From contig NC_000916.1 in assembly GCF_000008645.1 (NCBI RefSeq), positions 540,001 through 572,000 on the forward strand: a DNA stretch of 32,000 nt. Direction: 5' to 3'. Below, one piece after another: positions 19,256-28,285 of the stretch. Positions within the stretch are counted from its first letter, which is position 1; every line of letters begins with the position of its first letter. This DNA comes from Methanothermobacter thermautotrophicus str. Delta H. GTDB taxonomy: Archaea > Methanobacteriota > Methanobacteria > Methanobacteriales > Methanothermobacteraceae. A program made the position numbers and the translations under genes. Below the pieces are notes generated by a model. The model was not told where the DNA came from and did not search any database. It was given only the letters and a program-made list of their open reading frames with translations.

Positions 19256-19642
19256 TTATTCTCCCCGTTTTACCTCAGAATCCCCCTTATCTGAGATCTC
19301 CCTTATTATATCGGTGACTGCGGATCCAAGTTCACCTATAACTCTCCCCCTACCTGAAGTTAGATCTATGACCCTGACACCCCCGGGTCCCTCAACACCC
19401 TTCAGCAGAACGATGACCGCCACGGGTTCAACTCCTGCCCCGGCAGCTGCGCCGCTTCCGGCGCCAGTATCCGATGTTGAAGCCCTTCCTTCACCCATAC
19501 CGGCCCCGAATCCAACCCCCATCTTCATCAGGGGTATCAGTATCTTGTCCTCGCTTTCAATGGCCTCACCCACAAGGTTCTTCACGTCGAGGAGTTTGCG
19601 AAGCTCCTCAACGGTCGTTTTAATCGGCTCTTCAATTTTCAT
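19256..19642 (-). CDS. GerW/YtfJ-family protein
   Basis: MKIEEPIKTTVEELRKLLDVKNLVGEAIESEDKILIPLMKMGVGFGAGMGEG...GAGSGAAAGAGVEPVAVIVLLKGVEGPGGVRVIDL. Confidence 0.85.
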   Translation of the reverse strand: MKIEEPIKTTVEELRKLLDVKNLVGEAIESEDKILIPLMKMGVGFGAGMGEGRASTSDTGAGSGAAAGAGVEPVAVIVLLKGVEGPGGVRVIDLTSGRGRVIGELGSAVTDIIREISDKGDSEVKRGE

Positions 19643-19756
19643 TTAAACCACATTGATATTATGTGATCGTTCAAGTATATGCACTTTCCCATTAAACATC
19701 CAAAAACATTTATAATGAAAGGACCCATATCTCTATTAAATCTGGAGGCGGTAAAT

Positions 19757-20248
19757 ATGAATTTAAAACTGGTTTCTTTAATTGTGGTGCTTCTTATTGC
19801 AGGCGCCGCTGGAGTCTACATCCTAAATGGAAATGGCAGTGCAGATGGTAACACCAGCCCGGAAACTCTGGGAACCAATAAAACAGAAACCCATAAACCA
19901 GGCTCAGCCAGGATTGTCGCAACTCAGGCAGGACCTGAAACTGCAAAACCAGGCACAAATATCACTCTGAAGTGTAAACTGAGAAATGATGGTGAGGGTC
20001 CCGCCAAAAACGTTAAGGTTTCTTCACAGGACTTCGAAAGGAGCTTCTCTGTTATAGGACCCGGTGAACAGGTGGAATTCCAGGTCCAGATTTACATACC
20101 CACAGAGGAGGAGGTTAAGAAGGACTTTGGAGATGACGCAACGCTGTCAAACCCCTACTTTATAGGGGGCTTCGGTGTAAGCTACACAGATATGACCGGA
20201 AAACACAGCACAAACTCAAATAGCGTGGAAATACCTCTGAAAACCTAA
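19757..20248 (+). CDS. Secreted/membrane-anchored protein with CARDB-like beta-sandwich domain
   Basis: GGAGGCGG RBS before ATG 19757; signal/TM LKLVSLIVVLLIAGAAGVYIL, then AGPETAKPGTNITLKCKLRNDGEGPAKNVKV. Confidence 0.75.
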   Translation: MNLKLVSLIVVLLIAGAAGVYILNGNGSADGNTSPETLGTNKTETHKPGSARIVATQAGPETAKPGTNITLKCKLRNDGEGPAKNVKVSSQDFERSFSVIGPGEQVEFQVQIYIPTEEEVKKDFGDDATLSNPYFIGGFGVSYTDMTGKHSTNSNSVEIPLKT

Positions 20249-20318
20249 GACAAAAAATACTGATTGTGCTAAAAATGGTTTTAAAGTTTGAGGGGGATCT
20301 TTAGATCCCTCAAAATTA

Positions 20319-20780
20319 TCATTCTGACCGTTTAACAGGGATCTGGACCTCTGTAAGGAGCTCAGATTCGTCAACTTCCAGTGGACTGTTGAGGTAAACC
20401 TCTGTCACAGGCCCTGTAATCTCATAGCCATTCTCCATCGCATATTCGATGAGGGCATGTATAACCGGCCCCACCTCAGTGTATGGTCCCTCATGTAACG
20501 CTGCAATGACCCTGTGGGATGGTAGGTTCTTTATCTTAACCCTTTCATCCGCTTCGGCCTCACCTGCAATGGAAACACCTATCTCGTAGAGGAGTTCCTC
20601 CTCATCAACCTCCTCTGGAGTGTTGTAGTATGTCCCATATACACGGCCTGTCATCTGCAGACCGTTCTTAAGCACCCATCCCGCAACCTCAGAGATGTAC
20701 TCCGGTATACGTTCATAGCTTCCCCTGCACTCAATGTAGGCCACACGAATCCCTTCAACCATCTTCTCACTTATCTCCAT
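20319..20780 (-). CDS. GyrI-like / AraC effector-binding-domain protein
   Basis: MEISEKMVEGIRVAYIECRGSYERIPEYISEVAGWVLKNG...GRVYGTYYNTPEEVDEEELLYEIGVSI...VIAALHEGPYTEVGPVIHALIEYAMENGYEITGPVTEVYLNSPLEVDESELLTEVQIPV. Confidence 0.82.
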   Translation of the reverse strand: MEISEKMVEGIRVAYIECRGSYERIPEYISEVAGWVLKNGLQMTGRVYGTYYNTPEEVDEEELLYEIGVSIAGEAEADERVKIKNLPSHRVIAALHEGPYTEVGPVIHALIEYAMENGYEITGPVTEVYLNSPLEVDESELLTEVQIPVKRSE

Positions 20781-20854
20781 AAAAACCTCTCCATTAATCT
20801 TATCAACCTCAAGTGATAAAAATTTATCTAAATTTCGCAAAAAACTGTGTTAGA

Positions 20855-21274
20855 TCACATTCTAACAAGGATCACACCAGCAACAACCATCATAAGGCCG
20901 GCAAGCCTTGTCGCCGTTATGCTCTCATCCAGAAGTAGTGCCGCAACCATCACCGTGAAGATGGGGAAGGCTGCAACCACCGGGACAACCACAGAGGCAT
21001 CCCCCGATTTGAGGGCGTAGTACTAGAATAGCTGTCCCAGGAGGGCCGCTGATATCCCATCAAGAGCCAGAAAGAACCATCCCCTGGGACCTGCCTCTGA
21101 AAGCGCCTCCGCACCCCCATTGAACATGACCCATATGAGCATGATCATGGTTATCACCGAACTCCTTATGGTTAGGGCAACACCGGGGTTAAGCCCCTCA
21201 AGACCTATCTTGCTGAAGACCGGGGCAAGACCGAACATGAGAGCTGCAAGTAGCGCGAAGACAAAGTAGTTCAA
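20855..21274 (-). pseudogene. EamA/EmrE-like small transporter, interrupted by a single in-frame TAG
   Basis: MNYFVFALLAALMFGLAPVFSKIGLEGLNPGVALTIRSSVITMIMLIWVM...LDGISAALLGQLF-[TAG 21023-21025]-YYALKSGDASVVVPVVAAFPIFTVMVAALLLDESITATRLAGLMMVVAGVILVRM*; both halves in the same frame. Confidence 0.8.
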
Positions 21275-21417
21275 AACATCACCTCAGATTAATATATGAA
21301 ATCAGACCATTAAAGCTATGCAAAGGCAGACCACAAAGACCTACCCACAAAAACAGGCCACCAAACCTTATTTACATGTTAACAGAAATATAGACAGAAT
21401 CATATCTGTGTGATAAA

Positions 21418-22395
21418 ATGATACTAATCGTTGGCGGAGCAGGATACATCGGGTCACATGTCAATAAATTTCTATCAGAGAGGGGATACGAAACCCTCAT
21501 CCTTGATAACCTCACAAGGGGCCACAGGGATTTTGTTAAGTGGGGTGAATTCATAGAGGGTAACCTGGGTGATAGGAGACTCCTTGACAGGACCTTTGAA
21601 ACCCATGACGTGGATGCGGTCATGCACTTCGCAGCATTCACAGATGTCGGTGAATCGGTCCTCAAACCAGGAAGGTACTACCATAACAACGTCGTGAACA
21701 CCATAAACCTCCTGGATTCCATGGTGGACCATGGCGTCAGGGACTTCATATTTTCATCCACCTGTGCAGTCTACGGGAACCCCATGGAGATACCAATAAG
21801 CGAGGAACACCCCCTCAACCCCATAAGCCCCTATGGCAGATCCAAACTCATGGTTGAGGAGATACTGGGGGACTACAGGGATGCCTATGGTCTCAACTAT
21901 GTCTCGCTCCGCTACTTCAATGCAGCCGGAGCAGACCCTGAAGGAGAGGTGGGGGAGCTTCATAACCCTGAAACGCACCTCATACCCATCGTCCTGGATG
22001 TTGCCCTGGGTCTGCGGGACGCCGTGCGGATATTCGGCACAGATTACCCAACACCCGACGGAACATGTGTGAGGGACTACATCCACGTTATGGACCTGGC
22101 AGATGCCCACTGGAGGGCGCTCAGATACCTTGAGGGTGGAGAAAGCGGGGTTTTCAACCTTGGAAACGGGAACGGCTTCTCAGTCATGGAGGTTATAGAG
22201 ACCTGCAGGGAGGTCACAGGTGCCAGTATAAATGCTGTTGAGGATGACAGAAGACCAGGTGATCCACCGGAACTCGTGGGCAGTGCCGGTAGGGCCAGGA
22301 GGGTCCTTGGCTGGAGGCCGGAATTCACAGAACTCGAGGATATAATAGAAACCGCATGGAACTGGCATTCAAGGATCAGAGGGGGGATCTCATGA
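21418..22395 (+). CDS. galE: UDP-glucose 4-epimerase (NAD-dependent SDR family)
   Basis: MILIVGGAGYIGSHVNKFLSERGYETLILDNL...SSTCAVYGNPMEIPISEEHPLNPISPYGRSK...LRYFNAAGADPEGEVGE. Confidence 0.95.
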   Translation: MILIVGGAGYIGSHVNKFLSERGYETLILDNLTRGHRDFVKWGEFIEGNLGDRRLLDRTFETHDVDAVMHFAAFTDVGESVLKPGRYYHNNVVNTINLLDSMVDHGVRDFIFSSTCAVYGNPMEIPISEEHPLNPISPYGRSKLMVEEILGDYRDAYGLNYVSLRYFNAAGADPEGEVGELHNPETHLIPIVLDVALGLRDAVRIFGTDYPTPDGTCVRDYIHVMDLADAHWRALRYLEGGESGVFNLGNGNGFSVMEVIETCREVTGASINAVEDDRRPGDPPELVGSAGRARRVLGWRPEFTELEDIIETAWNWHSRIRGGIS

Positions 22396-24323
22396 TAACC
22401 GTCACAGGAGATATAACCGTTGACTGGATACAGTGGTCCGTTAAGGGAGACTCTGATGTCTCAGAATTTAACTGGAAGAACCACCTTGGATTCAAGAGGA
22501 AGGCGCTTGAGGGCGGCGCACTCCTCACAGCAAGGATGCTGAAGAACTTTACGGAGGTTAATCACCCATCAATAGGGGATGAGCCAGGCAACACTGACCC
22601 CTCAGAGTTCATACACTCCTTCGCGGAACTCAAAGCCACAGGCGATGGTTATCATGTCAAGAAGTTCATGGGTTACACCGGCCCGGACAGCGGTCTTCCA
22701 TCAATGCCATTCAGTTTAAAGGAACATGAATCCCCCATCATAGTGATCGATGACGCTGGGAACGGGTTCAGGGAGATGGAGGAGCGGTGGCCGTCCCAGA
22801 TCATGGGTGGAGACCCCCTCATTGTGCTTAAGATGTCATCACCACTGTTCAGAGGCAGCCTCTGGGAGCACCTCCTGGAAGAACATCCAGAGAAGCTAAT
22901 AGTCATAATAACCGCAGATGACCTCAGGGAGCACGGTGCCAACATAACAAGAAGGCTCTCATGGGAGAGGACCGCAGAGGACTTCATCTGGCAGATGGAG
23001 AACAACAGATCACTCGAAGATCTCAGGGACCTCAACGTGGTGGTCCGCATAGGCCTCGAGGGCGCCATAAATTACAACAGGGGGGATGTCAGGCTATTCT
23101 ACCACCCACAGTTCTTTGAGGGCGACCTTACAGAGAGGGCCCCGGGAAAAATGCAGGGCTGTGGCTCTGCGTTCACTGCAGCATTCACCGCGGCCCTATC
23201 AGAGGGTCGTGAGATGGATGAATGCATAAGGCGGGGTATTACAGCCGCTGCCAGACTCCTTGAAAGAGGGTTTTCATCCGAACCTGACTACCCAATATCT
23301 GATGTATTCATGAGTGCAGATGATGAGATAGGGGCTGTTGAAATACCTCAACACCCCCGGGGACTCTGGACAATCGCCAGTTCACCCCCACTATTTGACA
23401 TAGAGTCAGTTTCAAGATACATTGTGATAAACGGTTACAGTAGAAAAAAATGTCCGCTACCTGTTGCCCACTTCGGTAAACTTATAACAGCAGACCGAAG
23501 GGAGATCGAGGGTTATCAGAGCATAAGGAACCTGATGGTGGAGTACATGAAAAATGATAACCCTGAGAGACCCCTCTGCATTGGAGTGTTCGGGCCCCCC
23601 GGTGCCGGCAAATCCTTCGCAGTGAGCCAGCTTGCCGCAAGTGTTGATCCTGAGCGAATAAAGCACCTAAACTTCAACATATCCCAGTTCAGGTGCGAGG
23701 ATGATCTTATAGACGCCTTCCACCAGATAAGAGACGCTGTACTTGAGGGTATGGTCCCCCAGGCATTCTTTGATGAATTCGACTCCCCTATCGGCGAGAA
23801 AAAACTGGGCTGGGTTAAGTACTTCCTTGCACCGATGCAGGACGGAGAGTTCAGGGAAGGCGACAGCATGCATCCCCTGGGCAAATGCATCCTGGTATTT
23901 GCCGGGGGTACGAGCAGCACCTTCCAGGAGTTTGAGTCACAGGACCCTGAGGTTCTGAAGGAGGCCAAGGTCAGGGACTTCATAAGCCGGCTCAGAGGAT
24001 ACGTGAACATCATAGGTCCAGACCCACAGCACAGACGCGACAAGTTTTTCATGCTACGCAGGGCAATACTCCTGAGATCCATGTTCGAAAGGAAGGCTCC
24101 CCACCTTTTTGATGCCAGCGGACGCCTTAGAATCGATGAGGGAGTTCTAAACGCTTTCCTTATGATACCTGAATACAGACATGGTGTGAGGTCAATGGAG
24201 GCCATACTTGATATGAGCATCCTCCAGGACGTCAGGAAGTTTGAAAAGGCGTCACTTCCCTCTGCAGGTCAGCTGGACCTCCACGTGGACGGCGAGCTAT
24301 TCCACAGAATGGCAATGGATTAG
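22392..24323 (+). CDS. Fusion protein: PfkB/ribokinase-like domain (apparently lacking catalytic Asp) + AAA-type ATPase domain
   Basis: N-terminus MITVTGDITVDWIQW; kinase-like C-terminal motif MQGCGSAFTAAFTAALSEG (family GAGDAF); ATPase Walker A CIGVFGPPGAGKSFAV, Walker B QAFFDEFD. Start at ATG 22392 overlapping the galE stop. Confidence 0.8.
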   Translation: MITVTGDITVDWIQWSVKGDSDVSEFNWKNHLGFKRKALEGGALLTARMLKNFTEVNHPSIGDEPGNTDPSEFIHSFAELKATGDGYHVKKFMGYTGPDSGLPSMPFSLKEHESPIIVIDDAGNGFREMEERWPSQIMGGDPLIVLKMSSPLFRGSLWEHLLEEHPEKLIVIITADDLREHGANITRRLSWERTAEDFIWQMENNRSLEDLRDLNVVVRIGLEGAINYNRGDVRLFYHPQFFEGDLTERAPGKMQGCGSAFTAAFTAALSEGREMDECIRRGITAAARLLERGFSSEPDYPISDVFMSADDEIGAVEIPQHPRGLWTIASSPPLFDIESVSRYIVINGYSRKKCPLPVAHFGKLITADRREIEGYQSIRNLMVEYMKNDNPERPLCIGVFGPPGAGKSFAVSQLAASVDPERIKHLNFNISQFRCEDDLIDAFHQIRDAVLEGMVPQAFFDEFDSPIGEKKLGWVKYFLAPMQDGEFREGDSMHPLGKCILVFAGGTSSTFQEFESQDPEVLKEAKVRDFISRLRGYVNIIGPDPQHRRDKFFMLRRAILLRSMFERKAPHLFDASGRLRIDEGVLNAFLMIPEYRHGVRSMEAILDMSILQDVRKFEKASLPSAGQLDLHVDGELFHRMAMD

Positions 24324-24393
24324 GTGTGGTACGGAGAGAATACCATGATAGTCAGCTTCGACGAAACAATCCATTAATGGATCAGGTGATATA

Positions 24394-25656
24394 TTGGAGA
24401 GAAGAAGAGTTCTAAGACCCGAGGACTACGTTGACAGACTAAAATACCTTAACAGGGTCGCTGATGAATACGCCGAATCAGGTGATCTAAAGAAGACCGC
24501 TGACACCCTGTTCAGAATCGGGAGGGAGTACCACAGGATCAGCAGAACAGACCTTGCCATTGAGAGTTACAGGAATGCCCTAGAGCTCTACAGGGAGGTG
24601 GATGACCCCCATGAGGCTGATGTTTCACTCTGCATGGGGAGGGCCTATGAGGGTAAGGGCAAACTGAAGAGGGCCGCATGGTTCTACAACCTTGCAGCAT
24701 CGGGTTTCCGTAAAACAGGGGATCTTAAAAGGGAATCAGATGCTGTACTCTACAGTGCAAGGATCCTCGAGAAGATGGGGAAACACGATGAGGCCCTTGA
24801 GGCATACAGAAAGTACAATGAGATCTGCATGAAGAACCAGGACAAAATCAAGGTCCTTGTCGCATATTCAAAGATGAAGGAACTGGAGGCAGAACTCAGG
24901 GAAGAGATTTTAAGGTACAACGCCTCCGTACTGCTCCTCTACCTTGCAATTCTCATCATCGCCGAGTATTCGACGACGTTCATAAGCATGAAACTGGGCC
25001 TCGTGATTCATGCGTCTCTCCTTTTCGCCCTCTTTATCCATTCGGCCCTATCAAAGAAGAAGATGAAGGTCCTCCTTGCCGCCATGATGATACTGCCACT
25101 CATAAGGATCGTGGGGCTTTCAATGCCCCTCGCGGTCATTAAACACCTTTACTGGTATGTTATAATAGCAATACCCCTGTTTGCTGCATCCGCTGCCCTC
25201 ATGAGGACCCAGAAACTTGGAAGGGATGATGTTGGATTAAATCTTAAAGGTCGGAAGTGGCAGCTGGCTGTTGCACTTACCGGTTTTCCCATGGGTTACA
25301 TCGAGTACCAGATACTCAGACCCGAAGCACTGATACCCTCGCCCTCAGTTTCAAATCTACTGGTGGGCTTTCTGGTCATGCTTATAGGGACGGGACTGGC
25401 AGAGGAGCTCCTCTTCAGGGGGATCCTTCAGAGAAATGCAGAGGACGTTATGGGAAAACTTCCAGGACTTCTGTATGCTTCACTCCTCTTCACAGCCCTT
25501 CACGTTGGCTGGAAATCCGGTTACGACCTTATATTTGTTTTCAGTGTCGCCATGATCTATGGGCTGGCTTTCCAGAGAACAAGGAGCATTTCAGGGATAA
25601 CCGTATCCCACGGCATATCGAATTCCATTCTCTTCCTGATAATGCCCTTCCTCTAA
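24394..25656 (+). CDS. TPR-repeat protein fused to CPBP-family intramembrane protease
   Basis: N-terminal TPR motifs (TADTLFRIGREYHRISRTDLAIESYRNALELYREVDDPHEADVSLCMGRAYEGKGKLKRAAWFY), then TM helices and GLAEELLFRGILQR...SLLFTALHVGWK...GITVSHGISNSI. TTG start with upstream GGTGAT. Confidence 0.85.
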   Translation: MERRRVLRPEDYVDRLKYLNRVADEYAESGDLKKTADTLFRIGREYHRISRTDLAIESYRNALELYREVDDPHEADVSLCMGRAYEGKGKLKRAAWFYNLAASGFRKTGDLKRESDAVLYSARILEKMGKHDEALEAYRKYNEICMKNQDKIKVLVAYSKMKELEAELREEILRYNASVLLLYLAILIIAEYSTTFISMKLGLVIHASLLFALFIHSALSKKKMKVLLAAMMILPLIRIVGLSMPLAVIKHLYWYVIIAIPLFAASAALMRTQKLGRDDVGLNLKGRKWQLAVALTGFPMGYIEYQILRPEALIPSPSVSNLLVGFLVMLIGTGLAEELLFRGILQRNAEDVMGKLPGLLYASLLFTALHVGWKSGYDLIFVFSVAMIYGLAFQRTRSISGITVSHGISNSILFLIMPFL

Positions 25657-25731
25657 TTTTCATTAAAATTCAAAAAAGAAATGGGAGTTCCCTTCAACAT
25701 TAAAAAATTCAAGAGTCATGGTGCCGGGAGG

Positions 25732-26589
25732 CTACCGGTAACCATCAATGAGATTCTTCAGATATTCAATTAACTCGGGCCTTATCTCATCATCGTTCAT
25801 TGCAAACTCAAGGGATGTTTTAAGCCAGTCAACCCTGTTACCAATATCATAGGTCCGTCCCCTGAAAACGCAACCATAGACCTCCTCGAGGCACCTCATG
25901 GCATCTGTGAGCTGTATCTCGCCACCAAATCCAGGTGGTACCTCCCTTATGTGGTCAAATATTTCACTCTCAAGGACGTACCTGCCCATTATGGCAAGGT
26001 TTGAAGGCGCCTCAGTTACAGGTGGCTTCTCAACCATATCCCTTATGCTGTAGATTCCCTCTGAGACCTCTTCACCATCTATGATACCGTATCGCTCCAC
26101 CTTATCCCTGGGGACCTCCTCCACTGCAATTGCAGATGCCCCGTACCTCTCATATATATCCATTAACTGGCGCGTGCAGGGGACCCCTGATGATGTTATG
26201 GTGTCCCCAAGGAGAACAGCGAAGGCGTCCTCACCGTCTATATGTTTCCTTGCACAGTATATTGCATCCCCGAGGCCCTTCTGCTCCTTCTGTCTCACGA
26301 AGTAGATGTCTGCAAGGTCTGAAATCGCCTCAACCTCGTCAAGGTAATTCATCTTGTTATTCTTTCTCAGGAAGTATTCAAGTTCAAATGAACGGTCAAA
26401 GTGGTCCTCAATCGACCTCTTACCCTTACCTGTTATTATGAGTATATCATCTATACCCGAGGCTACTGCCTCCTCAACAACGTACTGTATTGTTGGCTTG
26501 TCAAAGACCGGTAGCATCTCCTTGGGCTGTGCCTTGGTTGCAGGCAGAAAACGGGTCCCAAGGCCAGCTGCTGGTATAACTGCCTTCAT
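25732..26589 (-). CDS. galU: UTP--glucose-1-phosphate uridylyltransferase
   Basis: MKAVIPAAGLGTRFLPATKAQPKEMLPVFDKPTIQYVVEEAVASGIDDILIITGKGKRSIEDHFDRSFELE...GEIQLTDAM. Confidence 0.96.
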   Translation of the reverse strand: MKAVIPAAGLGTRFLPATKAQPKEMLPVFDKPTIQYVVEEAVASGIDDILIITGKGKRSIEDHFDRSFELEYFLRKNNKMNYLDEVEAISDLADIYFVRQKEQKGLGDAIYCARKHIDGEDAFAVLLGDTITSSGVPCTRQLMDIYERYGASAIAVEEVPRDKVERYGIIDGEEVSEGIYSIRDMVEKPPVTEAPSNLAIMGRYVLESEIFDHIREVPPGFGGEIQLTDAMRCLEEVYGCVFRGRTYDIGNRVDWLKTSLEFAMNDDEIRPELIEYLKNLIDGYR

Positions 26590-26631
26590 AGAAAAAAAAC
26601 CTCCGTTACTTAAAAAAAATAAAAAAAGGTT

Positions 26632-27255
26632 TTAACCACCCGCTGCAAGAGTACATAGAACTGGAGGTGCAAGCTGTGTTATTGTAACCGTCCCATCAGC
26701 ATTCACTGTTATGAGAAGCTCGACGTATATTGATTTTATACCCTTGAGGAATTCAGCGCCCCTTGCATTGTCCTGTGTGACGTTGATCTGGTTTGAAGTT
26801 ATGGTGGATGCCGGGTAGAATGCGTGTGATGCTGTAAGAAGGTATGCATTTGTTTCGTCATCGATTTTGTCCTGGCTACCTCCATTTACTGTCATGTTGA
26901 TGGTGGCGTTTCCTGTTTTGTTACCATGTGGATCGATCCACATCTTCAGTGTAAATGTTGTTCCGGCAGGTAATGATCCATTGTAGCCAAGTTCCTTTGA
27001 TAGATCCGCTGTGACCCTTCCATTTGGCTGAAGCCATGAATCCATGTATATGTTCGTTAGTGAGCCATCAGCCTTTGATACGTTCTCTATAACCGCAACC
27101 GCATGTACCTGATGGTCAGTGGCATGGTTGTCGAATGCAAGGAGTGTTGCGCCTGCTACAGGGGGTGTGACTGTCTGTTTTCCCATCATGAGGGCCGCGG
27201 CTCCCACTATGATGATTATAACCACTATGGCCAGTATTAAAGCATTTCTGTTCAT
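26632..27255 (-). CDS. Membrane-anchored surface/extracellular protein
   Basis: N-terminal TM ALILAIVVIIIIVGAAALMM followed by Asn/Thr-rich sequence with several N-x-S/T sequons (NVS, NGS, NKTGNATINMTVNGG). Confidence 0.75.
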   Translation of the reverse strand: MNRNALILAIVVIIIIVGAAALMMGKQTVTPPVAGATLLAFDNHATDHQVHAVAVIENVSKADGSLTNIYMDSWLQPNGRVTADLSKELGYNGSLPAGTTFTLKMWIDPHGNKTGNATINMTVNGGSQDKIDDETNAYLLTASHAFYPASTITSNQINVTQDNARGAEFLKGIKSIYVELLITVNADGTVTITQLAPPVLCTLAAGG

Positions 27256-27267
27256 CCTTTACCCCCT

Positions 27268-27507
27268 TTAGACAATTGTCAGAACCCTGTATATCACTAT
27301 CGCTGCAAACACTATCAGCAGTGGCAGAATTGCCACGTTGGAACCGGATACCAGTGCCTTTAATGTTTCGTTTCCTGTTTCATCGGAGCTGAGCACCTCC
27401 TTAACAGCCAGGAAACCAATAAGTGCAATTACTGCTATTATGCTGTATGTCATGACATCTGCGGTTGTCACCGTGGTGGTAGTTGTTGTTGTGACTGTCG
27501 AAATCAT
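27268..27507 (-). CDS. Small two-TM membrane protein with Thr/Val-repeat N-terminus
   Basis: MISTVTTTTTTTVTTADVMTYSIIAVIALIGFLAVKEVLSSDETGNETLKALVSGSNVAILPLLIVFAAIVIYRVLTIV; GGAGGTTAG RBS upstream of ATG 27507. Confidence 0.72.
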   Translation of the reverse strand: MISTVTTTTTTTVTTADVMTYSIIAVIALIGFLAVKEVLSSDETGNETLKALVSGSNVAILPLLIVFAAIVIYRVLTIV

Positions 27508-27584
27508 TTCTAACCTCCAGTTGTTTTTTTTATCTTGATGACTAATAAAGTTTTCTGTACATTTAATAACAGCTCTTAAAACAT

Positions 27585-27890
27585 TCATGGAATTTCAAGA
27601 CCAAATTTTTCTGAGACCAGCTTCAGGAAGAGATCCCTTCCCATGCCCTGAATCCTGATTGTCTTCTGACGGCTCTTCTGCCCTGACACTATCTCAACAT
27701 CCCTTCCAAAGGTCTCTGAGAATTCCTTTATTATCTCCCTGTTTGCCTTCCCTTTCTGGGGGGGTGAATGGATCTTCACCTCAATCCTCTTCCGCCATTC
27801 ATTGTAGGATGGGATCCCAAATTTTCCCGATGCAGGTGATACCTCAATGTTCACAAGAAGGTCATCACCCACCTCCCTAAGACAGTCCAT
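27585..27890 (-). CDS. DUF167 / UPF0235 (YggU-like) family protein
   Basis: LLVNIEVSPASGKFGIPSYNEWRKRIEVKIHSPPQKGKANREIIKEFSETFGRDVEIVSGQKSRQKTIRIQG; GGGTGATC RBS. Confidence 0.92.
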   Translation of the reverse strand: MDCLREVGDDLLVNIEVSPASGKFGIPSYNEWRKRIEVKIHSPPQKGKANREIIKEFSETFGRDVEIVSGQKSRQKTIRIQGMGRDLFLKLVSEKFGLEIP

Positions 27891-28079
27891 AGTGATCACC
27901 CGTCAGGTCGCTAATAACTGAGAATTCAGCTTTCAGCCTATCGGTATATCCTTTCATCTGCATAAATATGATGGCACCAGCAGGTCCCGTTTCATGGCAG
28001 ATGTCTGAACTACCGCAAACTTTAAATAGTAAAATGTAGATACTTTGTTTCACTCCCCGATCAGCACTGATTTTCCCAT

Positions 28080-28166
<87 letters not shown>

Positions 28167-28285
28167 CTATTTCATCAATTTTGAGTAGGCAGTACTGGAC
28201 TTCAAAGTTTTTTTAATAGTAAGATTCCAAACTGTACTTAATCTCAGGTTCTCAATGGCTTCCAGCAAGTATAAATAGCGCAGAA

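Noticed and set aside
23516-24220. 234-aa minus-strand ORF
   Set aside because: Antisense to the well-supported fusion ATPase (Walker A/B region); low-complexity, Ser/Leu-rich composition with no recognisable motif.
25257-25703. 148-aa plus-strand ORF
   Set aside because: Out-of-frame overlap with the CPBP protease gene, whose motifs are clear; odd composition.
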